From the NCBI GenBank assembly GCA_040954595.2, contig CM082581.2, forward strand, positions 1,976,699-2,040,698: a DNA stretch of 64,000 nt. The letters are read 5' to 3'. The notes under the pieces were generated by a model. That model made no database searches, had not been told where the DNA came from, and was given only the letters and a program-made list of their open reading frames with translations. This document shows, one piece after another, positions 61,736 through 64,000 of the stretch (position 1 is the stretch's first letter; each line of letters opens with the position of its first letter). Position numbers and translations under genes: made by a program. The DNA comes from Balanoglossus misakiensis (taxonomy: Eukaryota; Animalia; Hemichordata).

Positions 61736-62218
61736 TTTTGCAGAGTTTTTTTTTTGTGTGTGTGTCTCAGTTTCAGATTTTCCAGAGTATTTTCATTAGT
61801 GTTTTTTTTTCTTCTCTCTTTTGGGTATATGGACTTTTTTTAAAGTCTTAAATAAAGTATTATTATTATTATTATTATTAAGGGTTAAATTTGTATGACA
61901 CTAATCATGATCAAACAAAGAGTGCACTTAACGGTTGACACAAGCACACCCCCTGTCAACAAATTTTCCAGCGTTATTTCTGGTTTCTGTATTAGTACTT
62001 GCTTTTCACATCCCATGGTTTATATGTTTAAGTCAATGATGCCCTCTATTTTTGATGAACCCTGGCATTGATAGGTTTTAAAGAATTTCTAGAAAACTTT
62101 CAGAACTCATGTTGGTCTTTGGAAAGGTTTCATCAGTAATTGTTCTGTGATAAACATAATTGCAGTACTGTACTTTCTCCAAACTTTGCGAGAACATTTT
62201 CTTGTAGATGACTTCATA

Positions 62219-62431
62219 CTGTAAAACAGGTTCTTTTCGCGACAGGAAATTTTCGCGATATCAAAAGAAGCAACTGTTATGCATGGATTAATTTTGGCTT
62301 TCTCGTATTTCACTAACTGCATTGTTATCTAAGAAAAAAAACATTTTATGCGACTTTTGTATTTTCACATTTTTGGGGGCTCTCGCATATTTCATGAAAA
62401 TTTATTGCTCGCGAAATAACCTGTTTTACAG
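62219..62431. mobile_element. TA-flanked MITE (Tc1/mariner-like)
   Basis: TA|CTGTAAAACAGGTT.TTTTCGCG ... CGCGAAATAACCTGTTTTACAG|TA. Confidence 0.8.
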
Positions 62432-63513
62432 TATCCTCCATGGATTTCTTAACCTACTGATCAAGTGGGGTAATGTCTTCAGCAACGATTTCTGTAATAA
62501 ACTTACCTCCCCAAGGTAGTGAAGGTATCTCGTAGCTTTCTTTAGAAACTCTTCATCAATGAAACGATCCAACTCTTTCACTCTTTTATATATATGTTTT
62601 CCATTTGATGACCGGGAAACTGCTCACAATCCATTTGCTTCTTCCATCAAGTATCTTAGCACACAACTTTGGTATGTATTCTTCTCTCTGTAACATTAAC
62701 ACAGCGACATATACCAGGTTCATGTCCAGACAGGGTAAAATTCAAAACATTTCATAGACACTATTTGCCAATAGTAAACACAGAGCATTAATCCTTTAAG
62801 TCGCCTTGTGTACACACACACAAACAATGGGTTGCGGAGAGGTGTTAATCCTTACACTGGCTCAGGTCTGACCAAAGCCGTCTCAAATCTGAGACGTTTC
62901 AGGACCACTTAAACCATTCACACATGATAATTTACGCCAGTATTTCATCTGAGATGTTTCAAAAACGTCTTAAAAGTCCTGGGGTTCGGATTAACGTGTG
63001 TTTGTATAGTTGTTTATTTGGGAGTGGTCGTCGTGCATAATAACTGTGTAATTGCTCTCATGTACACAGAAAATAATTGAACACTTCACACTTCCACGCG
63101 ATTGACAACTGTTTGAATGGCGTGGTTATTGTTTCCCAGGGACGCTTCTGAAAAGCACTGAAACCAGATTTCTCCCAAAATCATCGTTGTTTCATAAGCT
63201 CGTGTACTTTTTCGTCGATAACTTTATGTTGTGTGTGTTTATAAAGCCAACTACTGTCGTTGTATGGTGTAATTCTTTATGCTTGGACCTGTTTGGGCCG
63301 ATTTTCAAAGAGCCAAGATCGTTGGTGTTGTCTGTTGTCAGTCAAACGGCATTAAGATTCGCCACTGATTTGGGGGGTCTTTTATACCCCGCACCGGGGT
63401 TTAACGATGACCCCATAATACTGTTGTTTGGTGAAATGAACATTCAGAAAAGCAACTCGAACAATACTGGCAACAGTGATATTCACCCTTTACAGACACA
63501 GCCCATTATTTAA

Positions 63514-64000
63514 AGTCTTGTTCTCACTAAAAGTTTGGACACCGGTGTTATGCCAGTGTTTACTCTCTGCAAACACAGGGGATTAGCCCACAGAATCTCC
63601 TTGCGTCCACACACTAAACTTTTGGCCACTGTTTTGAAATAAACACTGTCTAAATGGCCATGTTTAGCAACACGGCAACTAACAAAATTGAGGATGTCGA
63701 GGACATTACAGCAACATGTTGCAGTTTATATACCTGCATATACGTTCTAGACGACTTTGTGACAGTTTTGATAATGTTTAGAAGTAAATGAATGTTAATC
63801 CATAAATGGAAAATGCCTCGGCTTTTTGGTGATCGAGAGAACCTTCTGAAAGTTGGTAGCAGACTGAAGTGTTGCAGACCTGGCAAACTGCGAATGGTTT
63901 GAAAACCACTCGCATCCAGTGTGATTGACTTAACAATGGAAACTGACCAAAGACAATGGGCTATACCTAATAAACATACCCAAAAGTCACTGCAGGGTGG
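63514..64000 (-). mobile_element. Inverted copy of the 30011-30706 element, running off the window
   Basis: Reverse-complement match to ~30220-30706. Confidence 0.85.

Larger units (their letters stand above)
58600..61880 (+). mobile_element. 5'-truncated non-LTR retrotransposon of the CR1/L2 group (Daphne-like), in the intron of the Roco gene
   Basis: ORF1 3' end, APE+RT ORF2, then AATAAA and a (TAT)n tail at 61851-61880. The 5' boundary is approximate. Confidence 0.9.
56955..62687 (-). pseudogene. 3' exons of a Roco/DAPK-like gene (COR + death domain): exons 62507-62687 and 56955-58214
   Basis: IPKLC..FPVIKW..ATRYLHYLGE|; DPQWLCSRIFGPML, YYGRRFQC, FSPGFSPRL, IWKNG, CPGT; death-like DYRAMADLMG..SPTQHALSVW. 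One-base frameshift in a TATA run at ~62590 and in-frame TGA at 57378-57380. Confidence 0.8.

Overview
This is AT-rich animal DNA with spliceosomal introns, probably from a marine invertebrate (inference). It is almost entirely nested transposable elements. From left to right: (1) a complete 12.15-kb IS3EU-type DNA transposon (2683-14834; TAT..ATA ends, 6-bp TSD GTTTTA) with two intact convergent spliced genes, an IS3-like DDE transposase (-) and a SAM-like/HECT E3 ubiquitin ligase (+); (2) a decayed RAG1/Transib-like transposase with a SAP domain, split by a young intact Gypsy LTR retrotransposon (21985-26671); (3) an intron-rich Kolobok transposase pseudogene with a Sola1 element in intron 2; (4) an 11-kb nest of seven Helentron/HINE-like elements; (5) the 3' exons of a disabled Roco/DAPK-like gene (-) with a CR1/L2-group LINE in its intron; plus many MITEs. 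The IS3EU element is the best candidate for an undescribed system. Besides the E3 ligase cargo, both ends carry a homologous putative leader exon and splice donor, the ends hold phased palindrome arrays, and the transposase intron contains a degenerate antisense copy of the catalytic exon. All calls come from reading the sequence; no database searches were run.
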